A stretch of 64,000 nt of DNA from Takakia lepidozioides (Eukaryota; Plantae; Bryophyta): positions 62,186,001 through 62,250,000 of the forward strand of contig CM060734.1 of the NCBI GenBank assembly GCA_030704615.1. The letters are read 5' to 3'. Below, one piece after another: positions 23,277-34,900 of the stretch (its first letter is position 1; every line of letters starts with the position of its first letter). The notes beneath the pieces are model-generated. The model was not told the DNA's origin, did not search any database, and saw only the letters and a program-made list of their open reading frames with translations. The translations under genes were made by a program, and so were the position numbers.

Positions 23277-25495
23277 TCACCAGTGAATCCCACTAGAACA
23301 GACTCCATCTTGGAAGTGGTGAAAGCGATTCCCATCCCGTACAACAATTACACGCTCAACAATCTTTGAGATGAACTTGGAGGCAGTGTGACAATCATCA
23401 CACATCCTAAGGTTCTTGAAAATGGCGATTGGTGTCCTTGGGGGCATGCTAATTAGCCCAAAAGCAATGGCCAGCTTCTCACTGTGGTGGCAAAGAGACA
23501 TCTCTTTTTGTGCCTCCTTGAAATCGTGCAACACAAAGTCCATGACAGGAACATATCCTGCCTCCTTCATCTGCCCAGACAATCTCTTCAGCTCAGCATG
23601 GATCTCCTCAATTTGTGGATGTGATTTGTCTTCTGCAACAAATGTATGCACCCGGTTGTTGACCTCAATGCAGCTGTACCCCTGTCCTCCATCACTTTTC
23701 TCACCTTCACTTTCTCGTCCCATCTGCCAGCTGCAGCATAGATGTTTGATAGCAGCACATAACCTGCAACCTGCATTGGATCACTCTTGAGAAAAGTATT
23801 TGCCGCACGTTCTGCTACCTCCACATTGCCATGAATGGTGCAGGCACTAAGCAACGCTGTCCACACCTCAGCACCTGGTTGGATCGGCATTTTGTTGGTG
23901 AAGTCCTCTGCCTGAGCTAATCGCCCTGCACGCCCAAGAAGGTCCACGATGCAGGCAAAATGCTCCAACGTAGGTGTGAGGCCATAATCTTGGGTCATGG
24001 AACCAAAGTAGTGATGGCCCTCATCTACTAGGCCCATATGGCTACATGCAGAGAGAACAGATATAAAGGTAATACCATTGGGCTTAACACCTGCATCTTT
24101 CATTTGTTCACATAGTTGCAAGGCCTCCCTACCACGCCCATGCTGAGCATAGCCTGCAATCATTGCGCTCCATGAAACCACATTTCTTACAGCCATATTG
24201 TTGAAAACTGCTTCTGCATCCTTCATGCTCCCACATTTCGCATACATGTCAGCAAGGCCAGTCTCCAAGTTTACATCCGGTGCAATTCCAGCTTTGATGA
24301 TGTCAGCATGGACCTCTTTGCCTATTTCCAGGGCTCCTATGTCAGCACATGCAATGAGGATGCAAATGAATGTGACCCTGTTGGGCATCATCCCATCCTG
24401 TTGCATACGATCATAGATCTCCAAAGCCTCTGTACCACACCCATGCTGAGCAAATCCTGCTATCATGGCATTCCATGCGACCACATCTCGTTGAGCCATA
24501 TTGTTGAATACTTGACTCGCATCCTTCATGCTCCCACATTTTGCGTACATGTCCACCAATGTAGTCTCTAAATTAATATACGACTGGATTCCAGCTTTGA
24601 TAACACCACGATGCACGGCTTTGCCCATTTCCAGGGCTCCTAGGCTTGCACACGCATTGAGAATGCAAATGAATGTGACCCTGTTGGGCATCACCCTTTC
24701 CTGTTGCATTTGCTCATAGATCTCCAACGCCTCCCTACCACACCCATGCTGAGCATATCCTGAGATCATCGCACTCCATGAGACCACATCTCTCTTAGCC
24801 ATATTGTCAAACACTTGACGCGCATCCTTCATGCTCCCGCATTTGGCATACATGTCAACAATTGTATTCTCCATAATAATATCCGGAGAGATTCCAGCTG
24901 TGATGATGTCAGCATGGACCTCTTTCCCCTTTTCCAGCAATCCTAGTCTGGCACACACATTGAGGACAGAAGTGAATGTGACCCTGTCAGGCATCACCCT
25001 TGCCTGTTGCATTCCTTCATAGATTTTGAAAGCCTCCTTGACACATCCATGCCTGGCATATCCTGCCATCATCATGGTCCAAGTAAACATATCTCTTCGA
25101 GGCATCTTGTCAAACACTTGACGCGCATCCAGCATGCTCCCACACTTGGTGTACATGTTGACCAGGGTGTTGAGCAGGAAAATATTTAGCTTAAATCCAC
25201 TTTGGATGATGTGGGCATGTACCTGCTTTCCCTCTTCAAGGCCTTTCATGCGTATGCAATCCTGTAAGAGACACACGTATGTTTTGGAGTCGACCTGAAT
25301 GCCTTGTTTGCTCAAAATCTGCAGAGCATCTTTAGGTCGCCCTGAGAGTCCCGTCATATCCCCACAAGAGCTCAAGGTGTGCTTGTTGACTCCCTCCCAT
25401 GGTCCTCTGTCAAAAGCAGTGGTAATTGTCAAAGTGCTACCCCTCCTGCCAGCTTCATGTTGAACAAACAGAGATGTCTGATTCAGCCCTGCCAT
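23277..25495 (-). pseudogene. PLS-class PPR-E-DYW RNA-editing factor, frameshifted at the E2/DYW junction
   Basis: L-S-P triplets, P2-L2-S2, E1 and E2 in 23588-25495; DYW domain (HHSEKLA, CDDCH) in another frame 23277-23680; the VxKEP before the PG box is deleted; ends CSSGIHW. Confidence 0.92.
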
Positions 25496-27419
25496 CCTGC
25501 GTCACTCTAGTACCTGAGTTACAAACCTTAACACTCTAACAAACAGAAGATGTCGGAAAACCACTACTATGGTACTCATTTTCATCTGTTGCACTTTTGT
25601 AACCCTTGATCATCATCACAACAATATCCGTTGCATTCTCAACGTGGAGCTTCATACCGTGAATTGACATTGGAACCATTATCAGGTTGTCCTGCACCTT
25701 TAATCACAGCAGCTAACTTTGGTTTTACCCAGCGAAGGTTCAGCCAACAGTCAATCCAAAGGACCTCCTTTGTGCTTTCATGTCTGACGTCCCGTGATCT
25801 TGGACTTTTCTGGGAAGATCCCAAGTGGACAGCTCAGCAGCCATACTTCAACCATGAACTCGATAGACGGGGATAAAACCACTAGTGCTCCACGCCTTTT
25901 TCACATGATAGAAAGTTACCTTCTTGCACTTGTAACAAGGAAGAAATTTACTGTACCACAGGTGAGACTTGCTTTCCAGTGGGTAGAGACTAGAGACTGA
26001 CTTCCATAAGGCTAAGCAGCTGGAAATACAATCCAGTCCACAGCCCAACCTCATTACAGCTTTATCTACAGACCCCTCTTTCAATTTCTAAATGAAGATG
26101 GCCTAACCTTTTCACGCCTGTTATCTGACCATTGTGAAGTATCTGAGAAGAAATCCTGCCAGAGATTTTGAGCTATCATCATCTGACCTGCAACAGCAAG
26201 AACATGAGAACGATGGCAGATTTTGATTGTATAAGTCTCTCAAATGATGACCTCTATTGTAGCTTTGGATAACATTTCTGCAAACTACACTGGGCTTGTT
26301 CCCTGCCTCATTCCCACAAGAAACATACAAACATGACAGATGTTGCAGAGGGTACTCAAGAAGCTTGTGTTGGCCAAGGCGATCCTTCAAGTCAAGCTCA
26401 TTGTTGGTGATTCTTATATTCTTCCACAGCCTCTGTTTGAGCCGACTCTATCTTCCACCATAATCTTCCAGTCCGGCAGAATCTGGACTTCCATACTGAA
26501 CTTTCAATGGAGCTCCAACATTCAAACCCGAATTGCACCCCTACTTTGCGATCAATACATCATCAAGTGTGCTAGACCTTGCGTAATGGTAGCTAGCTCT
26601 TCTTTAACCCAGGGGTTAGTCCAACTCTTAATTCAAAGAACCTTCTGGGCTTTTGTCTGGTGTCTGGTGACCTTTGATATTAATACAGAAGATCCCACAA
26701 GCTTGAATCAACCAACTTAAGAGGCTGTTGTGGGTTAGTAACCCAACAAAGTAAGCCACGACCGCACATCTGACAGACCTTGAAGTTCTTACTCAAAGCA
26801 AGTGAGACATTCCAGTCTGCGCAACTAGAATTTCAGCAGTTCACTCCGAGTAGCATCGAAGGTCCTAGGACTTTATAGAACATTCGTCACAAAACACATC
26901 AACTCACCTTCTCACAGCTGTTGTCCCACCACTGCGAAGGCTCTGACATGAAGTCCTTGCTCTATGCTTACTGCTTGACCTGCATGTAAACGCCACTGCA
27001 TCTTAATGATGAACTCTAGAGTCCCCAGAAGAATACCACTACCAGTGTCGGCTTCATAGAAATAAAGCGCACGACGCCGCGCCCCCTCCCTACACGCACA
27101 CCCTGCATGTGTGTGCGCCCGCGTCCTTTATCAAGCACAGTCGTTGTTCCTCACCGTGTAGAGCTCAGTGGAGCCCAAAACAACTTGCATGAATGTTGTT
27201 GAAAGCTCATTAGCACCCTTCAGTAAAGGACCATGTCAACATGTTGATGCTGTCGGATTTTCGATCACAAACGTCTACCTTGGAGCACGGAGCAGAGCTG
27301 GCATGAGTTTTTTAAAGATCCTTCACGATGGTGGGAGAACTGCAATCGCAAGGTGTGGCTTTTTCTCAATGTACGATGTGAATAAGTTTGTCCATCCTGC
27401 AAATGTGGGCTCTTGGCAC

Positions 27420-30400
27420 TTGTTAGTACCATGATTTGGTATTCTACCTGATGTTTACAAGGTTCTTGGGAAGGTCAGCTTGGTCTTAGCAGGCCGTGTT
27501 TCAATTTCTGCCTGCTCATCTGCACCGTGGTGGTTCTCACAGACCAATCCGAGATTACCTGACTACAGACACAAGCAGCACACACAAGAGGTCCTTTTGG
27601 GTTGATGGTCGGTCAAATCCTCCATGGGTCATGACACAAGGTCAGGGACAATGTGGTGATGGCACCTTCTTCTTCGACCTATTTCAGCCTGTTTTGCGCT
27701 CTCATCAGACTCGGTCCTGAATTTGCATATTGAATAAGGTGTCTGTATCCAAGCTGTAGCCTTTCATTTGCCATATGTTGCAGTGGATCTGTGGTGGTTT
27801 GGAATGAATTTGACAAGTTAGTGCCGATGTGGCAGCAGGAAAGTATCCAAAGACAGATAACACAGTCGAGGAGAAGCTTTGGAACGCCAGTCAATGGTGG
27901 GACAATGGAGACAAAAAGGTGAATGCCTGTTGGAAGCAGATGCAAGTCAGCATAGGAACTAGTGTGATAAGTATGGTTGGGGTGTTTGCTGGAAGAATTC
28001 TAGGCTGTCATTGTTTGTTGCTAGCAGGAAGGCAAGGATGTATGCATGATTTGTGCAGAGGCATGGATAGCTGAAGGAGCAGGGATGGAGTGTGGGTCCA
28101 GATTCATCCAAGAGGGCCAGATTTCAAGCACAGGATTACCTATGATTCCCTGTGGATCAATAGCTACAAGAAACCTGCATGGGTAGATGGTCAACTGGAA
28201 GCCGCAGCAGCAGCGGCACAATTGATAAAATCAGGCACTGCTAATGAAGGCACCTTCTTCAACACATTTCACCCTGTTTTTCCTCTTATCAGAACCGGCC
28301 CTAAATTTTCATGTTGAATTCTGAAAGTCAGCTGGTTTAGTGACCCTTTGATAGTTTGGAGTGACATTGACACGATACTGCCAATGTGACAACAGGAAAG
28401 TATCCAGAATCAGGTAAGAGAGACGAGGAGAAGCTGTGGAAAGAATACTTTTCTGACCCTAGTCAATGGTGGGACAATCGAGGCAAAAAGGTGGATGCCT
28501 GTTGGATTACAGAGAGTAGCAGACGCAATGAGCATAGGAACTAGTGTGATAAGCTGAGCTGGGTGTTTCCTAGAACAAACCTAGGCTGTCATTGTCAGCT
28601 GCTAGCAGCAAGGCAAGGATGTATGCATGATTTGTGCAGAGGCATGGATAGCTGAAGGAGCAGGGATGGAGTGTGGGTCCAGATTCATCGGCCAGATTTC
28701 AAGCACAAGATTACCTATGATTCCCTGTGGATCAATGGCTACAAGAAACCTGCATGGGTAGATGGTCAACTAAAGGCAGCAGCTGCAGGGGCACAGTTGA
28801 TAAAATCAGGCACCTCAACCATGACCACAGCTTCTGGAAGAGGATCAAGAGAGGGAGTCCACAATGCCTATTCTGGCACTTCTGGGCATGTGAGGATGCT
28901 TTGTGAGGCAGGCAGACTGAAAGAGGCTCTACAGACTTTAAACCAAGGAGTCATTTCAGCAGATTCAGAAACGTATGTCTGTCTCTTGCATAAGTGCATC
29001 AAGGTGAAAGGCCTGGAAGCTGGAAAGCAGGTGCACACTCACATTATCCAAAGTGGAGTCACGCCAAATGTTTTTCTCCTCAACACCCTTGTCAACATGT
29101 ATGTTAAGTGCGGGAGCATCATGGATGCTCACCAAGTGTTCAACAGAATGCCTCAACGATCTTTGATCACGTGGAATATAATGCTGGCAGGATTTACCAA
29201 GCATGGGTGTGGTAGGAATGCTTTGGAGACCTATGAGCAAATGATGGGGGAAGGGGTGAAGCCCAACCACATCACGTTTGTGTGCGTTTGCAGTGCGTGT
29301 GCAAGCCTGGCAGCCCTGGAAAATGGCAAAGAGGTGCATGGCGACATCGTCAGAGCTGGAATCATACCAGATGTGATCCTGAACAATACCCTGGTGGACA
29401 TGTATGCCAAATGTGGGAGCATCGAGCATGCAAAGGGAGTGTTCGACAATATGGCTGAACGAGATGTGGTGTCATGGAACGCGATGCTTGCAGGGTATGC
29501 ACAGCAGGGGCGCGGGATGGAGGCTTTGGAGACGTATGAGCAAATGATGTGCGAAGGGGTGAAGCCCGACCACATCACGTTTGTGTGCGTTTGCAGTGCG
29601 TGTGCAAGCCTGGCAGCCCTGGAAAAGGGCAAAGAGGTGCATGACGACATCATCAGAGCTGGAATCGGACCAGATGTGATCCTGAACACTGCCCTGGTGG
29701 ACATGTATGCCAAATGTGGGAGCATCGAGCATGCAAAGGGAGTGTTCGACAATATGGCTGAACGAAATGTGGTGTCGTGGAATGCGATGCTCGCAGGATA
29801 TGCACAGCAGGGGCGCGGGATGGAGGCTTTGGAGACATATGAGCAAATGATGTGCGAAGGGGTGAAGCCCGACCACATCACATTTGTGTGCGTTTGCAAT
29901 GCGTGTGCACGCCTGGCAGCCCTGGAAAAGGGCAAAGAGGTGCATGGCGACATTGTCAGAGCTGGAATCGTACCAGATGTGATCCTGAACAATACCCTGG
30001 TGGACATGTATGCCAAATGTGGGAGCATCGAGCATGCAAAGGGAGTGTTCGACAATATGGCTGAACGAAATGTGGCGTCGTGGAACGCGATGCTCGCAGG
30101 ATATGCACAGCAGGGGCACGGGATGGAGGCTTTGGAGACGTATGAGCAAATGATGTGCGAAGGGGTGAAGCCCGACCACATCACGTTTGTGTGCGTTTGC
30201 AGTGCTTCTGCAAGCCTGGCAGCCCTGGAAAAGGGCAAAGAGGTGCATTGCGACATCGTCAGAGCTGGAATCGTACCAAATGTCATCCTGAACACTGCCC
30301 TGGTGGACATGTATGCCAAATGTGGGAGCATCGAGCATGCAAAGGGAGTGTTCGACAATATGGCTGAACGAGATGTGGTGTCGTGGAGTGCGATGCTCGC

Positions 30401-31599
30401 AGGGTATGCACAGCAGGGGCGCGGGATGGAGGCTTTGGAGACATATGAGCAAATGATGTGCGAAGGGGTGAAGCCCGACCACATCACGTTTGTGTGCGTT
30501 TGCAGTGCGTGTGCAAGCCTGGCAGCCCTGGAAAAGGGCAAGGAGGTTCATGGCGACATCATCAGAGCTGGAATTGTACCAGATGTGATCCTGAACAATA
30601 CCCTGGTGGACATGTATGCCAAATGTGGGTGCATCGAGCATGCAAAGGGAGTGTTCGATAATATGGCTGAACGAAATGTGGTGTCGTGGAACGCGATGAT
30701 CGCAGGATATGCACAGCATGGTTGTCATAGGGAGGTCGTGCAACTATTTGAAGGAATGCAAAAGAACGGCTTGAAGCCGGAGAGTATCACCTTTATATGT
30801 GTTCTCTCTGCATGCAGCCACGCTGGCCTACTGAATGAAGGAAGACGCTACTTTGATTCCCTGAGTCAAGATCATGGTGTCACTCCGACAGTAAAGCACT
30901 TTGGCTGCATGGTGGACCTTCTTGGACGTGCGGGACAACTGGATGAGGCAGTGGACCTGATTAATAAAATGCCCGTCAATCCAGATGCTGTGGTGTGGAA
31001 GGCCTTGCTTGGTGCCTGCAGAATCCATGGCAATGTGGAGATGGCTGAACGTGCAGCAACATCTATCCTCATGGGATGAACAGGATGCCGCGACGTATGT
31101 GTTGCTCTCAAACATCTATGCTGCAGCTGGCAGGTGGGATGATACTGCAAAGGTGAGAAAAATGATGAAGGTCAAAGGGGTTAGAAAGGAGCCAGGTCGC
31201 TGCTGCATTGAGGTTGACAACAGGGTGCACACCTTCGTTGTAGCTGACAAGTTGCATCCCAGAATTAAGGAAATCCATGCTGAGCTGAGAAGATTGTCTG
31301 GGCAGATGAAGAAGGCGGGGTATGTGCCTGACACGCGCTTTGTATTGCATGATGTGGGGGAGGAGGAAAAGGAATTTTCTCTTTGCCACCACAGTGAGAA
31401 GCTGGCCATTGGTTTTGGGCTGATCAGCACGACCCCCAGGACACCTCTCCGTCTCATCAAGAATCTTCGAGTGTGTGGTGACTGCCACACCTCCACCAAA
31501 TTCATCTCAAAGATTGTTGGCCGAGCAATTGTTGTACGGGACGCTAATCGCTTTCACCACTTTGAAGATGGGATTTGTTCTTGTGGGGATTACTGGTGA
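27420..31599 (+). pseudogene. PDF-motif + PLS-PPR-E-DYW gene (two N-terminal OSB-like PDF motifs); 2-nt frameshift in E1
   Basis: EEKLWKEYFSDPSQWWDNRGKK, phase-0 intron 28491-28682, IHRPDFKHKITYDSLWINGYKKPAWVDGQL in frame with the 802-aa PPR ORF. First PDF copy 27870-28200 with intron 27919-28101. DYW: PGRCCIE, HHSEKLA, CGDCH, CSCGDYW. CTCATGGGATGA (31068) versus CTCAAGTGGGATGAA in the paralog at ~46803. Confidence 0.88.
29225..30720 (+). repeat. ~5 near-identical 303-bp tandem repeats (one P-L-S triplet, 101 aa each)
   Basis: TTGTGTGCGTTTGCA recurs at ~29278, 29581, 29884, 30187, 30490. Confidence 0.95.
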
Positions 31600-31929
31600 A
31601 AGGATGTTTTCTTGGAAAGATGCGAGAGTCTTGCATCATTCAGTGATCTGTGTAGCTACTCAGATCATCCACCATTTCCTGAGAGTATTGACCATGATGT
31701 ACTGTTGAGTGCATTTCCTGTGGCTTATCCACGGGAAATGATAGTGGGGTCTACCCGGCATAGGTGGGAAGTCAGCCCATAATTGCACTTGACTGAAGGG
31801 ATGATATTGGATTGACTTTGGTGACAGTAGATGGAAATCAGAGTGCTGTCCTAATTCTGGGTTTGGGTGGTGGAGCTTCTCCAAAGCTTGAAGATGGAAT
31901 ATCAGTTAGGAGCATGAATGTTCATTCCA

Positions 31930-34900
31930 ATGCTCACCTTATATTTGGCAGAAATAGCGTTTAGAATTCCACAATGCAAAATAACCATTCTACTTCAACG
32001 AGATTTTTTTTTGAAATACACAACTGTATAGCTTTACAAAAACTAGATTACTACTGAATTCATCGAACTATATCAACTGTCAATGGCACTTGGAAAGAGT
32101 TGGGGATGGTGAATTGGTTCTATCGGAAAGGCGGATAGATTTTACCCTCTATTATGACCTCTTTCCCCTACCAGTGGGCATTACCTACAACTAGCTAGCT
32201 GGAAATCCAAACTGGGGGGTTTGTTGCTAAAGGGATATAGCTGAGAACTCATGGCCATGAAGGTACCTCCTCGGTCATAATTGCAGAGCATAGCAGATTT
32301 GGTACATTTCGTGATGTCTTAGCCTCAGTGAAGTCAAATAGCTTTATCGAGGTATAGGGTGTAGTCTAGAATACTGTATCATCAAGAGTCTTCACAAGAC
32401 GCTCAATTTGGCTTCGCAAATGCAGCACTTTAAGCCGCACATATCACGAGTGCTTGAGGCTTGCAAGTCTGCAGTGGCAGCTGCCAAAACGCCCCCTCTT
32501 CTGATACAAACCATAACCCAATAATGAGGATACTAGGTTGCATCAAACTGAGAAACTTGATAACAACATTATCCCACTATCAGAAACATAGGAATATTTC
32601 TGTGCCAAAAAAAGCAGAATTTTGAAGCACACACAAAAGAAAAGACCAAGCAAACCATGCCTGGCAGCAGGTATGCTCTTTCACACTCCAATGCTCTTCC
32701 TTGAATTGTTGTCCAGTGTATGCTGGATTCCTATGGACAGGACAGTGCATCATGTTAGATTCATTGTGCCTTGCTGGAGCATTCCAGTTTGTTTGATTCA
32801 AAGTCGCCAGCCAGTGGTTCATTAGTAGCCGAAGACAGCTTCATATAAAGTTCATGCTACACAAACACCACAAATGCTAGGGTCAATGTGTATCATACTT
32901 TTAGACACTGTAGAAAATTGAAGACATTACCTGACACCCATCCATGCTTCAAAGTGCCACACATTGTGAAAAAACTCCCACAAAAGGTCTTAGATTTGTT
33001 GACCGGCTTTTGTTCTTTCTCATGAATAGAAATGGATGAAATGAAATGATTCTTAAAACGTCTGTGGAAAGCTCAAAGAGCCTAGGGACAAAGCCCAAGG
33101 CTTCCTACAACCTCCGGACCATCTTGTCAAACAGGAAATGAAATGAAATGAAATGGTGCTTTATAACGTCCACGGAAAGCTCATAGAGCTTATGGGACAA
33201 AATGGAAGAAAACATGAGAGAGGAACAAATCCAGAAACCAAGAATAACAATTAATGTTCTAGGGTGAAGGCCTCGTGCAGGTAGGCTGCCAAGTAAGGAA
33301 GGAAGGAAGTTTATTACATCCACAGGAAGCTTAAGGAACTTATGGGACAAGGAAAAGAGAAAAGAGAAAAGAGAACAGAGAAGTTGGGCCTGCAACAACC
33401 AGCAACCACGATTAAATTTACTTCTACCATGCCCCTCCCCACAGTAAGGTGTGGAGTTACAGATACAAGCATTGGCACCTTCGGAATATTTGAACACCGG
33501 TGCCTTTTCTATGTCCATGGACAAAAACCTCAATCAGGAGTACGCTTCTTACTTCTTGCTGAACCATCAGTCTTTGGATACTGTAGCAATCTATAGGATT
33601 TGTGCACAATCATGTGTGTCTCAAAGGGAAATTGTATTGCACCATGCAAAACAATCTCCATTTGTCACAGATGTTACTGGTTATGATATTGCTGTTTGTA
33701 GTTCACATAATTTTGCACCGTGTGAAGTACATACCTGCTGTCCAATTCAGATTGAACAAATAAACACTCTATAAGCTTCTTCGTATGGCGCTATATTAAT
33801 GCCTGCATTCTGCCCAATGGCAGACTAATGAATTGACTTTAATTGCATTTAGGGTCCACATGAGCCAGGCAGAAGGAGGTCATGTAAATAAAAGCTAGAT
33901 GGTGTGCGATGTCATTTTGAGGCACTTATCCCAAATCAATTCATCGACAAATTTAAAAAGCATCAGGCCTCTTGGAGTTGTACGACACAAAGCCAAACAA
34001 AAGCCACTGGTCGCCAGAGGAATTTTCATCAGAGGGGAGCAAGTTGTGAACTTCAACGTGGGAACGCTAATGGGATGGATGTTTGTGGGACATTACTCCC
34101 GGGTTTGATGGTGGTGTTTGCTTGTACCTTGGCTCCCAGGTAACAGCAACATCTTGCTCATCAGGACCAGGGGCGGCAACGGTTCTGCTGCTTTGGAAAA
34201 GAGAAGATCATGATGGCTCACCCGCAATCCCCCGACTCTCCAAACCATGAATGTGCTCCTCCAACCCTTCATCACTGCACAAAATCAACATTGGCTCCAG
34301 AATGTTGGACAGTCTCTGATCCCAGAGCCAAACTGCCAACTCATAGATTCAGTCAAGATTCAACTCAGCAAGTAGAATAAAACAGTAGCTAATGAAAAGC
34401 TTACAAAGCTTACATCTGGTGTTGACTGGCGTGCTCTTTGTGCAGCTGCTGCTGTGTCAGAGACACATCAAAACCGGTCTTTGGGACAGTGAACAATTCT
34501 CTCAAATCCTGCACCCAGTTCAGTAAAGGTTACTGTTAACTCGTCCTCCTCTCACTGGTTGCTATCCTAAGCACCAAGGTGATTCCAGTTTGAGTTTCCA
34601 TACCCTGGTAGTAGACAAATCCAGGAGGTTCATATCCTGTCAGGACTATACCTCGAGGGTATGTCATAAGCAACATTTCAAGGGAATGGTCAAAAAGTAC
34701 CACCTAAGAGAGAAGCACAAATGTGGGACCTGCTGTGAAAAGTAGCGCATCTGTTCTTTATTTTCTGTTGCCACCTTCATCAGGCCTCCCTTGAAAACCT
34801 GCCCTCAGCCCACACACATCATTCAGAGATTGTCTACAAACACTTGGCATGCCATTAGGCAATTAGTACAGAAGTCAAAGTTTTGATGTAGCAGGGATCT

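Noticed and set aside
29231-30743. Two long antisense ORFs (436 and 423 aa)
   Set aside because: Shadows of the 303-bp PPR repeat; a stop-free unit repeated five times explains their length.
31195-31599. U-to-C (DYW:KP-type) editor
   Set aside because: Has a PG box, HSEKLA and a terminal DYW, which is the canonical C-to-U type.
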